A stretch of DNA of 61,165 nt from Candidatus Hadarchaeota archaeon (GTDB taxonomy: Archaea; Hadarchaeota; Hadarchaeia; Hadarchaeales; Hadarchaeaceae). Each line of letters starts with the position of its first letter. The stretch's first letter is position 1. The stretch spans positions 1 through 61,165 of the forward strand of contig CAZNRG010000001.1 of NCBI GenBank assembly GCA_964575725.1. Direction: 5' to 3'. The position numbers and the translations under genes are program-made. Of the stretch, positions 26,755 to 37,259 are shown one piece after another. The notes below the pieces were generated by a model, which did not search any database, was not told the DNA's origin, and was given only the letters and a program-made list of their open reading frames with translations.

Positions 26755-27237
26755 ATGAAAACACGAATCTTCTCCGTGCTCTGCGAAAACGTTCCCGGGG
26801 TGATGATGCGGATCTCACGCGATTTCACCCGACGCCAGATCAACCTAGATTCGATCACCGTGGGCATCGAACCCACCGGACTTGCGCGAATTATCCTGAT
26901 GTTCAAGGCAGACGATCGCATGGCCGAGTTCATGCGTAGGGTGCTGACGCGCTCAGAGCCCGTTATCAATGTTGAAGTCATTGAGCCCGAGCAAAGCATC
27001 GTCCGGGAGGTGGCGCTGCTTAAGACGCAGAAGCTGAACGAGAAACAACTATGGCGGGTGGTGCAGCAGATCGAGAGAGCGGGAGGGCGGGTACTCGAGT
27101 CCAAGGGCCACATAGTAATTGCTGAGCTCAGCGGGAAGCATGATGATATCGAGCGCGTGATCAAAGCATTGGGTCCGGAAGTGCTGAAAGAGGTCGCTCG
27201 TTCAGGACAGGTTCTTATATCGCGTAAGGTGAGTTAG
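26755..27237 (+). CDS. ilvN: Acetolactate synthase, small (regulatory) subunit
   Basis: ACT domain (FSVLCENVPGVMMRISRDFTRRQINLDSITVG) followed by the AHAS small-subunit C-domain. Lies directly after ilvB. Confidence 0.85.
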   Translation: MKTRIFSVLCENVPGVMMRISRDFTRRQINLDSITVGIEPTGLARIILMFKADDRMAEFMRRVLTRSEPVINVEVIEPEQSIVREVALLKTQKLNEKQLWRVVQQIERAGGRVLESKGHIVIAELSGKHDDIERVIKALGPEVLKEVARSGQVLISRKVS

Positions 27238-27249
27238 GGAGGTGTTGAC

Positions 27250-28236
27250 ATGGTGAAGATTTACTATGACCGGGACGCCGACCTGAACATGCTCAAGGGC
27301 AAGACCATAGCGATCATAGGCTACGGCAACCAGGGGCAGGCACAATCCAACAACCTTCGCGACTCAGGGTGCAAGGTGATTATCGGAAGCATAAAGGACC
27401 CGAGCTACGATAAGGCCGTGGCGGATGGGTTTGAGGTCTATGATATCGCAGAAGCTGCAAAGCGCGGCGATATAGTCCACATGCTGATTCCCGACGAGTA
27501 CCAAGCCCAGGTCTACCGCGAGCAAATTGCACCAGCGATGAAAAAAGGTAAGGTGCTTTGTTTCAGCCACGGGTTCAACATCCACTTCAAACAAATCGTG
27601 CCGCCGCGGGATGCCGACGTGATAATGATCGCCCCGAAGGGACCAGGCGCGATCTTGCGGCGCATGTATCAGCAAGGCTCTGGGACGCCGGGGTTGCTCG
27701 CGGTCGCCCAAGACCCAAGTGGCCAAGCAAAACAGATCGCCTTGGCGCTCGCGAAAGGGGTCGGGTTAACCCGCATAGGTGTGGTCGAGACGACTTTCAA
27801 GGAGGAAGTTGAGACAGACCTATTCGGGGAACAGGTCGTCCTTGTGGGCGGAGTCTCGGAGCTGATGAAGGCCGGGTTTGAGATTTTGATTGAAGCAGGG
27901 TATCAGCCAGAGATAGCGTACTTCGAGTGCATCAACGAGCTCAAGCTAATCGTCGACCTCATTTACGAGCACGGAATCGAGGGGATGATGAAAGCAGTCA
28001 GTAACACCGCGGAATATGGTGGCAGAACCAGGGGCAAGTGGGTGATCGACGAACGCGCCCGTGAAGCGATGCAAAAAATCCTTACGGACGTTCAGAGTGG
28101 CAAATTTGCGAAGGAGTGGGTCGCAGAAAGTCAGGCAAAAACCCCGAACCTACGGAAAATGCGCGAGGCGGCGAAGGAGCACCTCGTCGCGAAAGTTGGG
28201 CGAGATCTGCGGAAGTGGGCCGGAATCGAGAAGTAA
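27250..28236 (+). CDS. ilvC: Ketol-acid reductoisomerase (class I)
   Basis: IAIIGYGNQGQAQSNNLRDSG, LIPDE, FSHGFNI, APKGPG and FGEQVVLVGG. Confidence 0.92.
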   Translation: MVKIYYDRDADLNMLKGKTIAIIGYGNQGQAQSNNLRDSGCKVIIGSIKDPSYDKAVADGFEVYDIAEAAKRGDIVHMLIPDEYQAQVYREQIAPAMKKGKVLCFSHGFNIHFKQIVPPRDADVIMIAPKGPGAILRRMYQQGSGTPGLLAVAQDPSGQAKQIALALAKGVGLTRIGVVETTFKEEVETDLFGEQVVLVGGVSELMKAGFEILIEAGYQPEIAYFECINELKLIVDLIYEHGIEGMMKAVSNTAEYGGRTRGKWVIDERAREAMQKILTDVQSGKFAKEWVAESQAKTPNLRKMREAAKEHLVAKVGRDLRKWAGIEK

Positions 28237-28305
28237 TAAACGCGTTTTTACATCGCGGAAAATTAAATATAGCCCAACGATGAAGCCTTCTCGGAGGCTT
28301 GACCA

Positions 28306-29964
28306 ATGAAGCTTCGTAGTCGAGAGGTCGTTTCTGGTCTTGAAGGTTTACCCCGGCGAGCTCTTTTGAAAGCCGATGGTTTAACCGACGCCGACATCGA
28401 GCGCCCGTTCATCGCGATAGCAAACTCTTACAACAATATAGTTCCCGGGCACCTGCACTTGCGCGAGCTGGCCGATGCTGCGGCAGCTGGCATCCGAGCT
28501 GCGGGAGGCACCCCATTTGAGTTCAACACGATTGGCATCTGCGATGGGATTGCGATGGGAACACGAGGGATGTGTTTCTCGCTCCCATCACGAGAGGTTG
28601 TGGCTGATAGCGTGGAGCTGATGCTTGAGGCCCACCGTTTCGACGCCGTGGTTGCAATCGCAAGTTGCGACAAGATCGTCCCTGGGATGCTGATGGCCCT
28701 CGCGCGGGTCAACATCCCGGCAATCGTGGTCACTGGCGGCCCGATGATGCCTGGTGAACGGCAGGGGCAACGCCTGGATGTCATAAGCGCGTTTGAAGCG
28801 GTGGGTGCCGTTAAAGCTGGGAAGATGAGCGAACGCGAGGCGAGGGAGATAGAAGATCGATGCTGCCCAGGCTGCGGCTCCTGCGCGGGTCTTTTCACAG
28901 CCAACACCATGGCGTGTTTGACCGAGGCACTGGGGATGTCTTTGCCCGGCGTTGGCACCTCTCACGCTATAGACGCAAAAAAGAGGCGGCTAGCGAAGCA
29001 AAGTGGGGCGCAAGTCGTTAAATTGCTGCGCCAAGGCATAACGCCACAAAGGATAATGACACGTGCCGCTTTCGAGAATGCTGTCATCATTGACATGGCT
29101 TTGGGGGGCTCGACCAACACGGTGCTTCACCTGCCTGCAATCGCCCACGAAGCAGGGGTGAAGCTGTGTCTAGATACATTTGATAGAATCAGCAGGCGCG
29201 CGCCCCACATCTGTAACTTACGGCCGGAGGGAAGCCACACGATGCTCGACTTGGAGCGAGCCGGAGGGGTGCCGGCGGTGATGAAGCGGCTCAGCAAGTT
29301 AATTCGGGGGAGCCCGCTCACGGTTACCGGCCGGCGCGTCCGTGAGAATTTGAAATTTGTGAGGGCCAACGGTTCGGACGTAATCAGGCCGGTTGCCAAG
29401 CCATATCATCGTCAAGGTGGCATAGCGATTCTTTACGGCACCCTCGCCCCTGATGGCGCGGTAGCCAAATATGCAGGCGTGAGGGCGCGCATGCTCCGTC
29501 ACCGTGGACCAGCGCGAGTTTTCGCTAGGGAGGAGGATGCGGTCAAGGCCATCTTGGGCGGGAAAATTAAACGGGGCGATGTTGTCGTGATTAGATACGA
29601 GGGGCCGAAAGGTGGCCCGGGTATGCGGGAGATGCTCGCCCCGACCGCCGCCATAGCCGGGATGGGGCTGCTTGAGTCGGCGGCTTTGGTAACCGACGGA
29701 CGATTCTCAGGTGGAACACGTGGCGCCTGCGTTGGTCACGTGTCGCCAGAAGCAGCTGAAGGTGGACCGATAGCTGTTGTGCGAGATGGGGACAAAATCC
29801 TGCTCGATATTAGGCGCCGCAAAATTGAGCTCCTCCTGCCGGAAGCTGAAATCAAAGAAAGGGTGACGAGGTTCAAGCCGCCTCAGCCGCGGGTTAAAAA
29901 AGGTTATCTCGCGCTTTACTCCCGCATCGTGAGTTCGGCTGCAGAGGGAGCGATCCGCAGATAA
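28306..29964 (+). CDS. ilvD: Dihydroxy-acid dehydratase
   Basis: [46 protein letters not shown] and [11 protein letters not shown]. Confidence 0.92.
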   Translation: MKLRSREVVSGLEGLPRRALLKADGLTDADIERPFIAIANSYNNIVPGHLHLRELADAAAAGIRAAGGTPFEFNTIGICDGIAMGTRGMCFSLPSREVVADSVELMLEAHRFDAVVAIASCDKIVPGMLMALARVNIPAIVVTGGPMMPGERQGQRLDVISAFEAVGAVKAGKMSEREAREIEDRCCPGCGSCAGLFTANTMACLTEALGMSLPGVGTSHAIDAKKRRLAKQSGAQVVKLLRQGITPQRIMTRAAFENAVIIDMALGGSTNTVLHLPAIAHEAGVKLCLDTFDRISRRAPHICNLRPEGSHTMLDLERAGGVPAVMKRLSKLIRGSPLTVTGRRVRENLKFVRANGSDVIRPVAKPYHRQGGIAILYGTLAPDGAVAKYAGVRARMLRHRGPARVFAREEDAVKAILGGKIKRGDVVVIRYEGPKGGPGMREMLAPTAAIAGMGLLESAALVTDGRFSGGTRGACVGHVSPEAAEGGPIAVVRDGDKILLDIRRRKIELLLPEAEIKERVTRFKPPQPRVKKGYLALYSRIVSSAAEGAIRR

Positions 29965-30597
29965 TCATCTCTTCCTTCGGGGGCGCTTTCGAGAAGTTGT
30001 GGCAGCACGTTGTTGGAGCATCGCCACCGATACAACAATCCCAACCGCCACTGTAGCACTTATCCCCAACTTTATTCCAGCTATCGCCTCCGGGCCAGAC
30101 TTTGGCAAAAGCACGATGAACTTCGTGTCAGCGGGTGCTATGTTGACATTGTTTTCAATTTGCCGCAAACGTGCCCTGAGCTTTATCTGCCCGCTCGAGC
30201 CGGGGGTTAGCTGAAGGTCGGGCCTCACCGTGAGACTGAGAACATACGTTTTTTCATTCTCATTCTCGTCCAAGCTGATGGCCATCTCATTTGGGGACCA
30301 ACCCCCCTCGTTCACGTTAACGATGTTGGAGAACTCGGGTGGGGGATATGCCACCACATTCGTGTAAGTGTATGCATAGGTTCTCAAGTGCCCCTCAATC
30401 ACCTGCCCGCTTTGATTTACGACCTTAACTGTCATGGTGAATGTTTTGCCCACCCAGACTTCGGTCGGAAAATCCACTAGTTGGATACTCAAACCCTGGA
30501 TAAAATTATCACTCGCGGCACCTGTCATGCTGGGTGAAACCATGAACACAAATGCGACGACTAACACCGCGCCCATCAAAAAACTTGTAGCTTTCAT
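29965..30597 (-). CDS. Hypothetical secreted, C-terminally membrane-anchored protein
   Basis: It has an N-terminal signal peptide (MKATSFLMGAVLVVAFVFMVSPS), a beta-rich ectodomain, one C-terminal TM helix and a basic tail (RKRPRRKR). Confidence 0.5.
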   Translation of the reverse strand: MKATSFLMGAVLVVAFVFMVSPSMTGAASDNFIQGLSIQLVDFPTEVWVGKTFTMTVKVVNQSGQVIEGHLRTYAYTYTNVVAYPPPEFSNIVNVNEGGWSPNEMAISLDENENEKTYVLSLTVRPDLQLTPGSSGQIKLRARLRQIENNVNIAPADTKFIVLLPKSGPEAIAGIKLGISATVAVGIVVSVAMLQQRAATTSRKRPRRKR

Positions 30598-30670
30598 AAG
30601 CCCCTGACCACCTTTAATCCGTTACGTTCTCCAATAAACTTAAAGATTAGCCAGCACTAATCGCGTTGGG

Positions 30671-31933
30671 TTGAGCATGGCGATGACGATAGCTGAGAAA
30701 ATCCTTGCCCGGGCCTCAAAACGAAAGCGAATTTCACCAGGGGAAATCGTCGAGGCCAAGATCGACATCGCGATGGTGCACGACCTCACCGGCCCCTTAA
30801 CCGTCGATAGCTTGCGCGAGATAGGCGTGAAAAAGGTCTGGAACCCGCGCAAAATCGTGATGGTATTTGATCACCAAGTACCAGCGAACTCGATCGAGGC
30901 AGCACAAAATCACATCATATTGCGCGAGTTTGCAGAAAATCAACGAATTCCAAATTTCTACGATGTTTTCGAAGGCATATGCCACGAAGTCGTCCCTGAA
31001 AAAGGGTTCGCTTTGCCGGGGCGCCTGATCGTCGGGGCGGATTCCCACACCACGACTTACGGCGCGTTTGGGTGCTTTGCGACGGGGATAGGTTCTACAG
31101 ACATGGCTGCAGTGTTCGCCACAGGCAAACTGTGGTTTCGCGTGCCGGAGTCCATGCGGCTGATAATCAGTGGTAAGTTGCCGAGGCGTGTCATGGCAAA
31201 GGATTTGATTTTGCGAATAATTGGCAATGTGGGCGCGGACGGCGCGACCTACCGCTCGGTCGAATTCACCGGCCCGGGCGTCCGCAACATCAGCATGGAC
31301 GGGCGCATGACCTTGTGCAACATGGCGGTCGAGATGGGCGCGAAGACGGGAATCGTGCCGGCTGATGGGGTGACCACGCGCTACCTCAAAAATCGGGCAA
31401 AAGAGCCAGTCAAGCCCGTGAGGGGCGACCCCGGCGCTACCTACCTCGAAACGCGCGCCTACGATGTGAAGAAGCTGGAACCGCAGGTGGCGTGCCCGCA
31501 CTCCGTAGACAACGTCAAGTCGGTCAGGGAGGTCGAGGGCACCGAGATCGATCAGGCCTTCTTGGGAACCTGTACGAACGGCAGGATGGAGGACCTAGAG
31601 GCGGCGGCGAGGATCCTCAAGGGCAGGCGGGTCAGCAAGCGCGTGAGAATGATTGTCGCACCAGCGTCGAGGGAGGTCTACACGCAGGCGCTCGAGAGGG
31701 GCCTTATCCGGGTATTCGTGGAAGCAGGCGGGTTGGTCGAGTCTCCCAGCTGTGCGGCCTGCATGGGGGCGCACGTCGGAGTTCTTGGTCCGGGAGAGGT
31801 GTGCATCTCATCCTCAAACAGGAATTTCAGGGGGAGGCAGGGGAGTCCTGAGTCGAAGATTTATCTAGCTTCGCCCGTGACCGTTGCGGCCTCGGCGGTG
31901 AAGGGAGCGATAACAGACCCGAGGGACCTGTAA
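30671..31933 (+). CDS. leuC: 3-isopropylmalate dehydratase (aconitase family), large subunit
   Basis: MTIAEKIL, DIAMVHDLTGP, GADSHTTTYGAFG, the Fe-S ligands in GTCTNGRMEDL and CAACMG, and SSSNRNFRGRQG. Confidence 0.85.
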   Translation: MSMAMTIAEKILARASKRKRISPGEIVEAKIDIAMVHDLTGPLTVDSLREIGVKKVWNPRKIVMVFDHQVPANSIEAAQNHIILREFAENQRIPNFYDVFEGICHEVVPEKGFALPGRLIVGADSHTTTYGAFGCFATGIGSTDMAAVFATGKLWFRVPESMRLIISGKLPRRVMAKDLILRIIGNVGADGATYRSVEFTGPGVRNISMDGRMTLCNMAVEMGAKTGIVPADGVTTRYLKNRAKEPVKPVRGDPGATYLETRAYDVKKLEPQVACPHSVDNVKSVREVEGTEIDQAFLGTCTNGRMEDLEAAARILKGRRVSKRVRMIVAPASREVYTQALERGLIRVFVEAGGLVESPSCAACMGAHVGVLGPGEVCISSSNRNFRGRQGSPESKIYLASPVTVAASAVKGAITDPRDL

Positions 31934-32433
31934 TGGCGCGCGCGTGGGTTTATGGGAGCGGCGTAAGCACGGATGACATAATCGCCGGTCGTTACCTGGT
32001 TAAGCATGACCCCCGCGAGCTCGGCAGACATGCGATGGAAAACATAGACCCAAAATTCGCGTCAAGGGTTCGCGAGGGAGATGTCATCGTAGCGGGTCGG
32101 AACTTCGGGTGCGGCTCCAGCCGGGAACAGGCCCCCATCGCTTTGAAGGCCGCGGGGATCTCAGCGGTGGTGGCGGAATCCTTTGCAAGAATCTTCTATC
32201 GCAACTCCGTCAATCAAGGTCTGCCAACTTTGACTTGTCCAAATGTGCGAAGGGGATTTAAGAATGGGAATGGTGTCAAAATCGATTTGGAGCGCGGCGT
32301 GGTGCGCAACACTACTACGGGCAAAGTCTTCAAGACAAAACCGCTACCAGAATTCGTCCTGACTATACTTCGCGCAGGCGGCCTTATCCCATACCTAAAA
32401 AGAAGTGTTAGCCAGGCAAGAAGTAAGTCTTAA
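31933..32433 (+). CDS. leuD: 3-isopropylmalate dehydratase, small subunit (substrate loop GRYLVK)
   Basis: [12 protein letters not shown] and [23 protein letters not shown] overlap with leuC. The YLV-type loop is the form reported for isopropylmalate/citramalate isomerases, as opposed to YLRT in homoaconitases. Confidence 0.8.
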   Translation: MARAWVYGSGVSTDDIIAGRYLVKHDPRELGRHAMENIDPKFASRVREGDVIVAGRNFGCGSSREQAPIALKAAGISAVVAESFARIFYRNSVNQGLPTLTCPNVRRGFKNGNGVKIDLERGVVRNTTTGKVFKTKPLPEFVLTILRAGGLIPYLKRSVSQARSKS

Positions 32434-32476
32434 ATTCTCGCGTGGAAATTGAGGAAAAAATAAATGGGCCGGACGC

Positions 32477-33790
32477 ATGAAAACCAGACGTTTCGATAAG
32501 CTGGAAAATGATAGGCGCAACCAAATGAAGAGGATAAAGAGCCTGAGCTCCGGACGATTTGGCAGAAGTAAGTGGAATGAGTTGAAGAAAATTTTATACC
32601 CGGCTCGCCGGCTCGATGTAGATGTCATCATAGACGATACGACGTTGAGGGACGGGGTTCAGATGGCAGGGTTGGTTAACCCCCGCCCGGCCGACGCGTG
32701 CAAGATTGCCTGTTTGCTCCGGGATATAGGGGTCGAGAGGCTGGAGGTTCTAACATACGCGAGGTCGGATAAGGTAACCATCAAAATGATGCAGGACGCG
32801 GGCCTAGGTGACGTGCTGGCCGCTTGGTCGAGGGCAACAAAGAGCGATGTGGATTCCGCGCTGAAGCTGGGTTTCAAACAGATCGGGATTTCCCACCCGG
32901 TCTCCTACATCCACTTCGAGAAGTGGGCGGACCAGCCACTGGAACAATTGGTCGACAGGGTCGCGGAGACGGTTGAGTACGCGAGGGAACATGGGCTGAC
33001 GGTTTTCGTTCACGGTGAGGACAGCACCAGGGCGGACTGGGAGTTTGAGAAGGCATTTGTAAACGCTGTGGCCGAAGCCGGGGCGAGCGTGTACAGGATC
33101 TGTGACACGATAGGATGCGGTTCACCCGACCCCAAAGCTCCCTTGCCGCGGGGGATCCCGGCAAAAATCAGGCGGCTGAAGGAGGAGACCAAAATCCCCC
33201 ATGTTGAAATTCACACGCATGACGACTTTGGCAACGCCGTCGAGAACACGATGGCGGCGATCAGAGCTGCATCAGGCCTCTACGACAAGGTATACGCCAG
33301 CACGACTTTCTTGGGGATAGGTGAACGATCCGGGAACGCTGAGACGGAGAAGATCATCATGAGCTGTTACATGCACCATGGCATCGACAAATGGAACTTG
33401 GAGCCACTACGAGAGCTTGTTAATCTTATAGTTTCCTCCACCAACTACCGTCTCCCCTCGAATAAGGCGATAGTCGGCAACGAGGCGTTTGCGCACGAGT
33501 CGGGTATACACGTTCACGGGGTGGGGCTCCTCCCGCTGATCTACGAGCCCTTCCCGCCGGAGTTGGTTGGGCAGACGAGGAGGATAATCATCGGGAAGCG
33601 ATCGGGAAGGCATGGGATAAGGTTAAAACTTGAGCAGGTCCTGGGGCGAAAAATTGATGAAAAGGATCCGAGGTTTGTTAAATTCGCAAACATCATCACG
33701 AAAAAATTCGCAAGGGGACGAAGGCGGCGCCCGATGGAAGAGGGGGAGCTCAAGCGCTATGCCAAGCGGGTCGGGTTCAAGGTGAGGTAG
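32477..33790 (+). CDS. Divergent 2-isopropylmalate / citramalate / homocitrate synthase-family enzyme (HMGL-like TIM barrel, no LeuA regulatory domain)
   Basis: IIDDTTLRDGVQMAG, VEIHTHDDFGNAVENTMAAIRAAS, GIGERSGNAETE and FAHESGIHVHG. It has an unusual basic ~50-aa N-terminal extension, so the true start is uncertain. Confidence 0.65.
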   Translation: MKTRRFDKLENDRRNQMKRIKSLSSGRFGRSKWNELKKILYPARRLDVDVIIDDTTLRDGVQMAGLVNPRPADACKIACLLRDIGVERLEVLTYARSDKVTIKMMQDAGLGDVLAAWSRATKSDVDSALKLGFKQIGISHPVSYIHFEKWADQPLEQLVDRVAETVEYAREHGLTVFVHGEDSTRADWEFEKAFVNAVAEAGASVYRICDTIGCGSPDPKAPLPRGIPAKIRRLKEETKIPHVEIHTHDDFGNAVENTMAAIRAASGLYDKVYASTTFLGIGERSGNAETEKIIMSCYMHHGIDKWNLEPLRELVNLIVSSTNYRLPSNKAIVGNEAFAHESGIHVHGVGLLPLIYEPFPPELVGQTRRIIIGKRSGRHGIRLKLEQVLGRKIDEKDPRFVKFANIITKKFARGRRRRPMEEGELKRYAKRVGFKVR

Positions 33791-33796
33791 GTCGAC

Positions 33797-34870
33797 ATGC
33801 ACACGGTTACCTTGATTCCCGGTGATGGGGTGGGTCCAGAGGTCGTCGCGGCGGCAAAAAAGTGCATCGATGCAACGGGCGTCTCGATTCGATGGGAAGA
33901 GATGGAAGCGGGGGCCGGAGTCATGGAAAAGTGTGGCACCCCCTTGCCCGAGGCCGTCCTCGAATCCATCCGTAAAAACGGGGTTGCACTTAAGGGACCG
34001 ATAACCACGCCCATCGGTTCCGGGTTTCGAAGCGTCAATGTGGCGATAAGGAAGGCGCTCGACCTATACGCGTGCTTGAGGCCCTGCAAGTGGTATGCGG
34101 GGGTACGCTCAAAGTATTCCAATATAGATCTCGTGATGGTGCGAGAAAATACCGAAGACCTCTACGCCGGGATAGAGTTCGCGGAGGGGCTCCCCGAGAC
34201 GAAGGAATTTATCAGATTCGTGAGGGAAAAGAAAAAGGTTGAAGTTAGGAGCGACGCGGGAATAAGTTTGAAGCCGATCTCCCGCTTCGCATCCGAGCGA
34301 ATTGTACGTTTCGCCTTCAACTATGCCAAGAAAAACGGACGCAAAAAAGTCACCGCCGTGCACAAGGCCAACATAATGAAGTATTCGGATGGTATTTTTC
34401 TAGAGTCCGCCCGCAAGGTGGCGCAAGAGTTTCCTGATATAGCATTTGAGGAGCGAATCGTGGACAATATGTGCATGCAACTCGTGCAGAAGCCGCACCT
34501 GTACGACGTGATAGTCGCGCCGAACGTGTACGGGGATATCCTCTCAGACCTCTGCGCGGGGCTGGTGGGCGGTTTGGGCGTGGCTCCGGGAGCGAACATC
34601 GGCGACAAATTTGCCGTTTTTGAGCCGACCCACGGCAGCGCCCCAAAATACACGGGATTGAACAAGGTCGACCCCACCGCGACAATTCTCTCTGGCGTGA
34701 TGATGTTGCGCTATTTGGGTGAAGAAGCGGCGGCGAAGAAATTAGAAGGTGCAGTGGCCAAGGTAATAGCTGAAGGAAAATACGTGACCTACGATTTCAA
34801 AGAAGACCCCAACGATCCTTCGGCCGTGGGCACAAAAGAGATGGCCGAAGTGATAGCGCGAGCAATTTGA
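33797..34870 (+). CDS. Beta-decarboxylating dehydrogenase (isopropylmalate / homoisocitrate / NAD-isocitrate dehydrogenase family)
   Basis: [70 protein letters not shown] and EPTHGSAP. Confidence 0.8.
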   Translation: MHTVTLIPGDGVGPEVVAAAKKCIDATGVSIRWEEMEAGAGVMEKCGTPLPEAVLESIRKNGVALKGPITTPIGSGFRSVNVAIRKALDLYACLRPCKWYAGVRSKYSNIDLVMVRENTEDLYAGIEFAEGLPETKEFIRFVREKKKVEVRSDAGISLKPISRFASERIVRFAFNYAKKNGRKKVTAVHKANIMKYSDGIFLESARKVAQEFPDIAFEERIVDNMCMQLVQKPHLYDVIVAPNVYGDILSDLCAGLVGGLGVAPGANIGDKFAVFEPTHGSAPKYTGLNKVDPTATILSGVMMLRYLGEEAAAKKLEGAVAKVIAEGKYVTYDFKEDPNDPSAVGTKEMAEVIARAI

Positions 34871-34891
34871 AGTCCAGTTCTTCAGCATCGG

Positions 34892-35470
34892 TTATAGAAA
34901 TAGGATGGTAATCGACGACAGCCCGGTGAAGACCAGAAAAACGATTGAAGAGAACGCTAGCAGGATTCGATTAATTTTTCTTGATTGCTCTACCGCAGGC
35001 AACATCGCTTTCGAACATTTAACCCACAAGAGTGAGATGGTCGAAAATAACAACATGAACCAAGCGGCGATTACAACGGCGGTACCAGCGAGCGTGTGCC
35101 AAGGCATCAACGCCCCCCCAATCAGATAAGTGTCTGCGAGGAACGGTAACGTCAGCAGGCCGAACGCTACTGCCGCAACAAACCAGAACTTCACCCACAG
35201 GGTAATACCCAACACACTCTTCGCCTTCAGGATGCGCTCCTTGATTACGCGCAAGGCGTGAATACGAAAGACCATTATAAACATGAGGGGTCCAGCAAAG
35301 TTCCAAGACGCAATGGCCCAACCCCAGTCGTCCAGACTCGTTGGGAACGGGAGCCTTGGTAGAACGGTAAGAACCAAAGCGAGGAAGAAACATGCTATTA
35401 GCACGATGGACGCTACATGTGCGGCACGGTTGCTTAGCTTAAACTTTTGAACCGCGTTCAACTGCAACAC
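34892..35470 (-). CDS. Hypothetical integral membrane protein (~5-6 TM)
   Basis: Hydrophobic ORF on the strand opposite the flanking dehydrogenase genes. I recognise no motif. Confidence 0.45.
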   Translation of the reverse strand: MLQLNAVQKFKLSNRAAHVASIVLIACFFLALVLTVLPRLPFPTSLDDWGWAIASWNFAGPLMFIMVFRIHALRVIKERILKAKSVLGITLWVKFWFVAAVAFGLLTLPFLADTYLIGGALMPWHTLAGTAVVIAAWFMLLFSTISLLWVKCSKAMLPAVEQSRKINRILLAFSSIVFLVFTGLSSITILFL

Positions 35471-35532
35471 CTTCGACGTTTAAGCTTAAGAGGGCGCATA
35501 GATAAAAATAATTGCTCAAACGAGGCGTCTCG

Positions 35533-36660
35533 ATGAAACATAAAATTGCAGTCATCCCGGGTGACGGCATAGGCCCCGAAGTCATCCGCGAAGGCGTGAA
35601 GGTCCTCCGCGCGGCGGCCGAAGCGACATCGGGGTTGAAGTTTGAGTTCGTTGAGTTCCCATATGGCGCCGAACACTACCTTAAGACCAAGGAACTCGTG
35701 CCGGAGGACGGGCTGAAAAAACTTTCAAAAATGGATGCGATTTATCTGGGGGCTCTTGGTGACCCGCGCGTGGAAACGGGAGTGCTCGAACAAGGCATTC
35801 TCCTCAAGCTCCGATTTTACTTTGAGCAGTACGTCAACCTGCGCCCCATTAAGCTGTACCCGGGCGTCCCGTGCCCTCTCAAGGGGAAGGGGCCCGAGCA
35901 CGTGAACTTCCACGTGGTGCGGGAGAACACCGAAGATTTCTACGTTGGGATAGGTGGACGTGCGAAAGGCAAATCGAAAGCCGAGCTTGAGGTGCTTCGC
36001 TCAATTTATCGAGCGAAATTTAGCCTAGATATCGATGTTGACCGAGATGAGATTGCCTATCAGATAGGCGTACTAAGCCGAAAAGGGGCGGAGCGAGCTA
36101 TCCGCTATGCATTCGAGCTTGCCCGCAAAAAGGGCAAAAAACGCGTGACTTCAGTTGACAAAGCCAACGTTCTAACACACATCTACAGCCTCTGGCGTGA
36201 GGTCTTCGAGCGGGTTGCGAAAGAGTATTCTGAAATCGAGACGGAGTTCGCGTTTGTTGACGCGATCACAATGTGGTTTATCAAAAATCCAGAGTGGTAT
36301 CAAGTCGTCGTCACACCTAACATGTTCGGCGATATCATCACCGACCTCGGGGCCATGATCCAGGGTGGCCTGGGACTTGCTCCAGGAGGCAACATCAACC
36401 CCGAAGGAGTAAGCATGTTCGAGCCCATCCATGGTTCCGCTCCCCGGCATGCGGGTAAAAATCGCGCTAATCCACTTGCTACAATTTTGGCCGGGCAGAT
36501 GATGCTCGAGCACCTCGGTGAGCAGAAAGCTGCGGATAAGGTCGAGCGAGCGGTTATCGATGTGCTGAAGGAAGGCAAGGTTCGAACCTATGACTTGGGC
36601 GGCAAATCTAGCACTTCAAACGTTGGAGATGCTGTCGCAGCGAAAATAAAAGAAACATAA
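35533..36660 (+). CDS. Beta-decarboxylating dehydrogenase, tartrate/D-malate/3-isopropylmalate dehydrogenase subfamily
   Basis: [54 protein letters not shown] and [20 protein letters not shown]. Start set at the ATG at 35533. Confidence 0.8.
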   Translation: MKHKIAVIPGDGIGPEVIREGVKVLRAAAEATSGLKFEFVEFPYGAEHYLKTKELVPEDGLKKLSKMDAIYLGALGDPRVETGVLEQGILLKLRFYFEQYVNLRPIKLYPGVPCPLKGKGPEHVNFHVVRENTEDFYVGIGGRAKGKSKAELEVLRSIYRAKFSLDIDVDRDEIAYQIGVLSRKGAERAIRYAFELARKKGKKRVTSVDKANVLTHIYSLWREVFERVAKEYSEIETEFAFVDAITMWFIKNPEWYQVVVTPNMFGDIITDLGAMIQGGLGLAPGGNINPEGVSMFEPIHGSAPRHAGKNRANPLATILAGQMMLEHLGEQKAADKVERAVIDVLKEGKVRTYDLGGKSSTSNVGDAVAAKIKET

Positions 36661-36766
36661 ATCCGTGATAAAGGTTTGGGGAGAAAAATCCCCATATGGG
36701 GGCAAAATTCCCGAGTGGAAAAGCACGCTTTTAAGGTAGAAACTGCGATGGGGTGCATACAACTAT

Positions 36767-37144
36767 TTATGCATGTGCTGCTGCTTTTGGCATCTTGATC
36801 TCTTCCTTAGCCAATTCTCTGGCCACAACCTTCTCACTAAGCATGACCACCAACTCTAACTCAAACGCGGCGAATTTTTGAATCAAACTCGAATTTTTGT
36901 TAATCCTGAAAAGCTGTGCTGGACCAAGCCTTCGGGTTGGGATCATAAGCCTCAACTCCTCTATCGTGGGCCACAAACGAAGCAAAGTCGGGTACGAGAC
37001 CTCGGCGGCTTCGGCTATTTCCAACTTCGTGTACTCGTGGTCGGATTTTCGAATTGTCGATAAGAAGCTCAGTACATTTATCATTGGGGAAGTGATTATT
37101 TCAGTTGCAACTGGGTGATTTTTCTTTTTCATTTTTACCACCAT
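36767..37144 (-). CDS. Hypothetical winged-helix DNA-binding protein (125 aa) in a low-GC islet
   Basis: YTKLEIAEAAEVSYPTLLRLWPTIEEL looks like an HTH, followed by a helical tail. Confidence 0.45.
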   Translation of the reverse strand: MVVKMKKKNHPVATEIITSPMINVLSFLSTIRKSDHEYTKLEIAEAAEVSYPTLLRLWPTIEELRLMIPTRRLGPAQLFRINKNSSLIQKFAAFELELVVMLSEKVVARELAKEEIKMPKAAAHA

Positions 37145-37192
37145 TCCTTACCATTTTATCCATAGTTCTATAGTTTTAAGCATTTAAATATG

Positions 37193-37209
37193 TTTATTTT
37201 CAAAATAAA
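37193..37209. promoter_or_regulatory. A/T palindrome TTTATTTT-C-AAAATAAA in the divergent promoter region
   Basis: A perfect 8-1-8 inverted repeat, flanked by the direct repeat GTTTATTT(T/A) at 37192 and 37210. It lies in a 115-bp A/T-rich gap between two divergent wHTH genes. Confidence 0.4.
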
Positions 37210-37259
37210 GTTTATTTATACATCAGGATTTTTATACCAGACAATCAGATGGGATATAC

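Noticed and set aside
36680-36715. The hairpin-like GGGGAGAAAAATCCCC after the second dehydrogenase gene could be a terminator.
   Set aside because: Archaeal termination relies mainly on T-tracts, and none follows this hairpin. I could not support it beyond a 5-bp stem.
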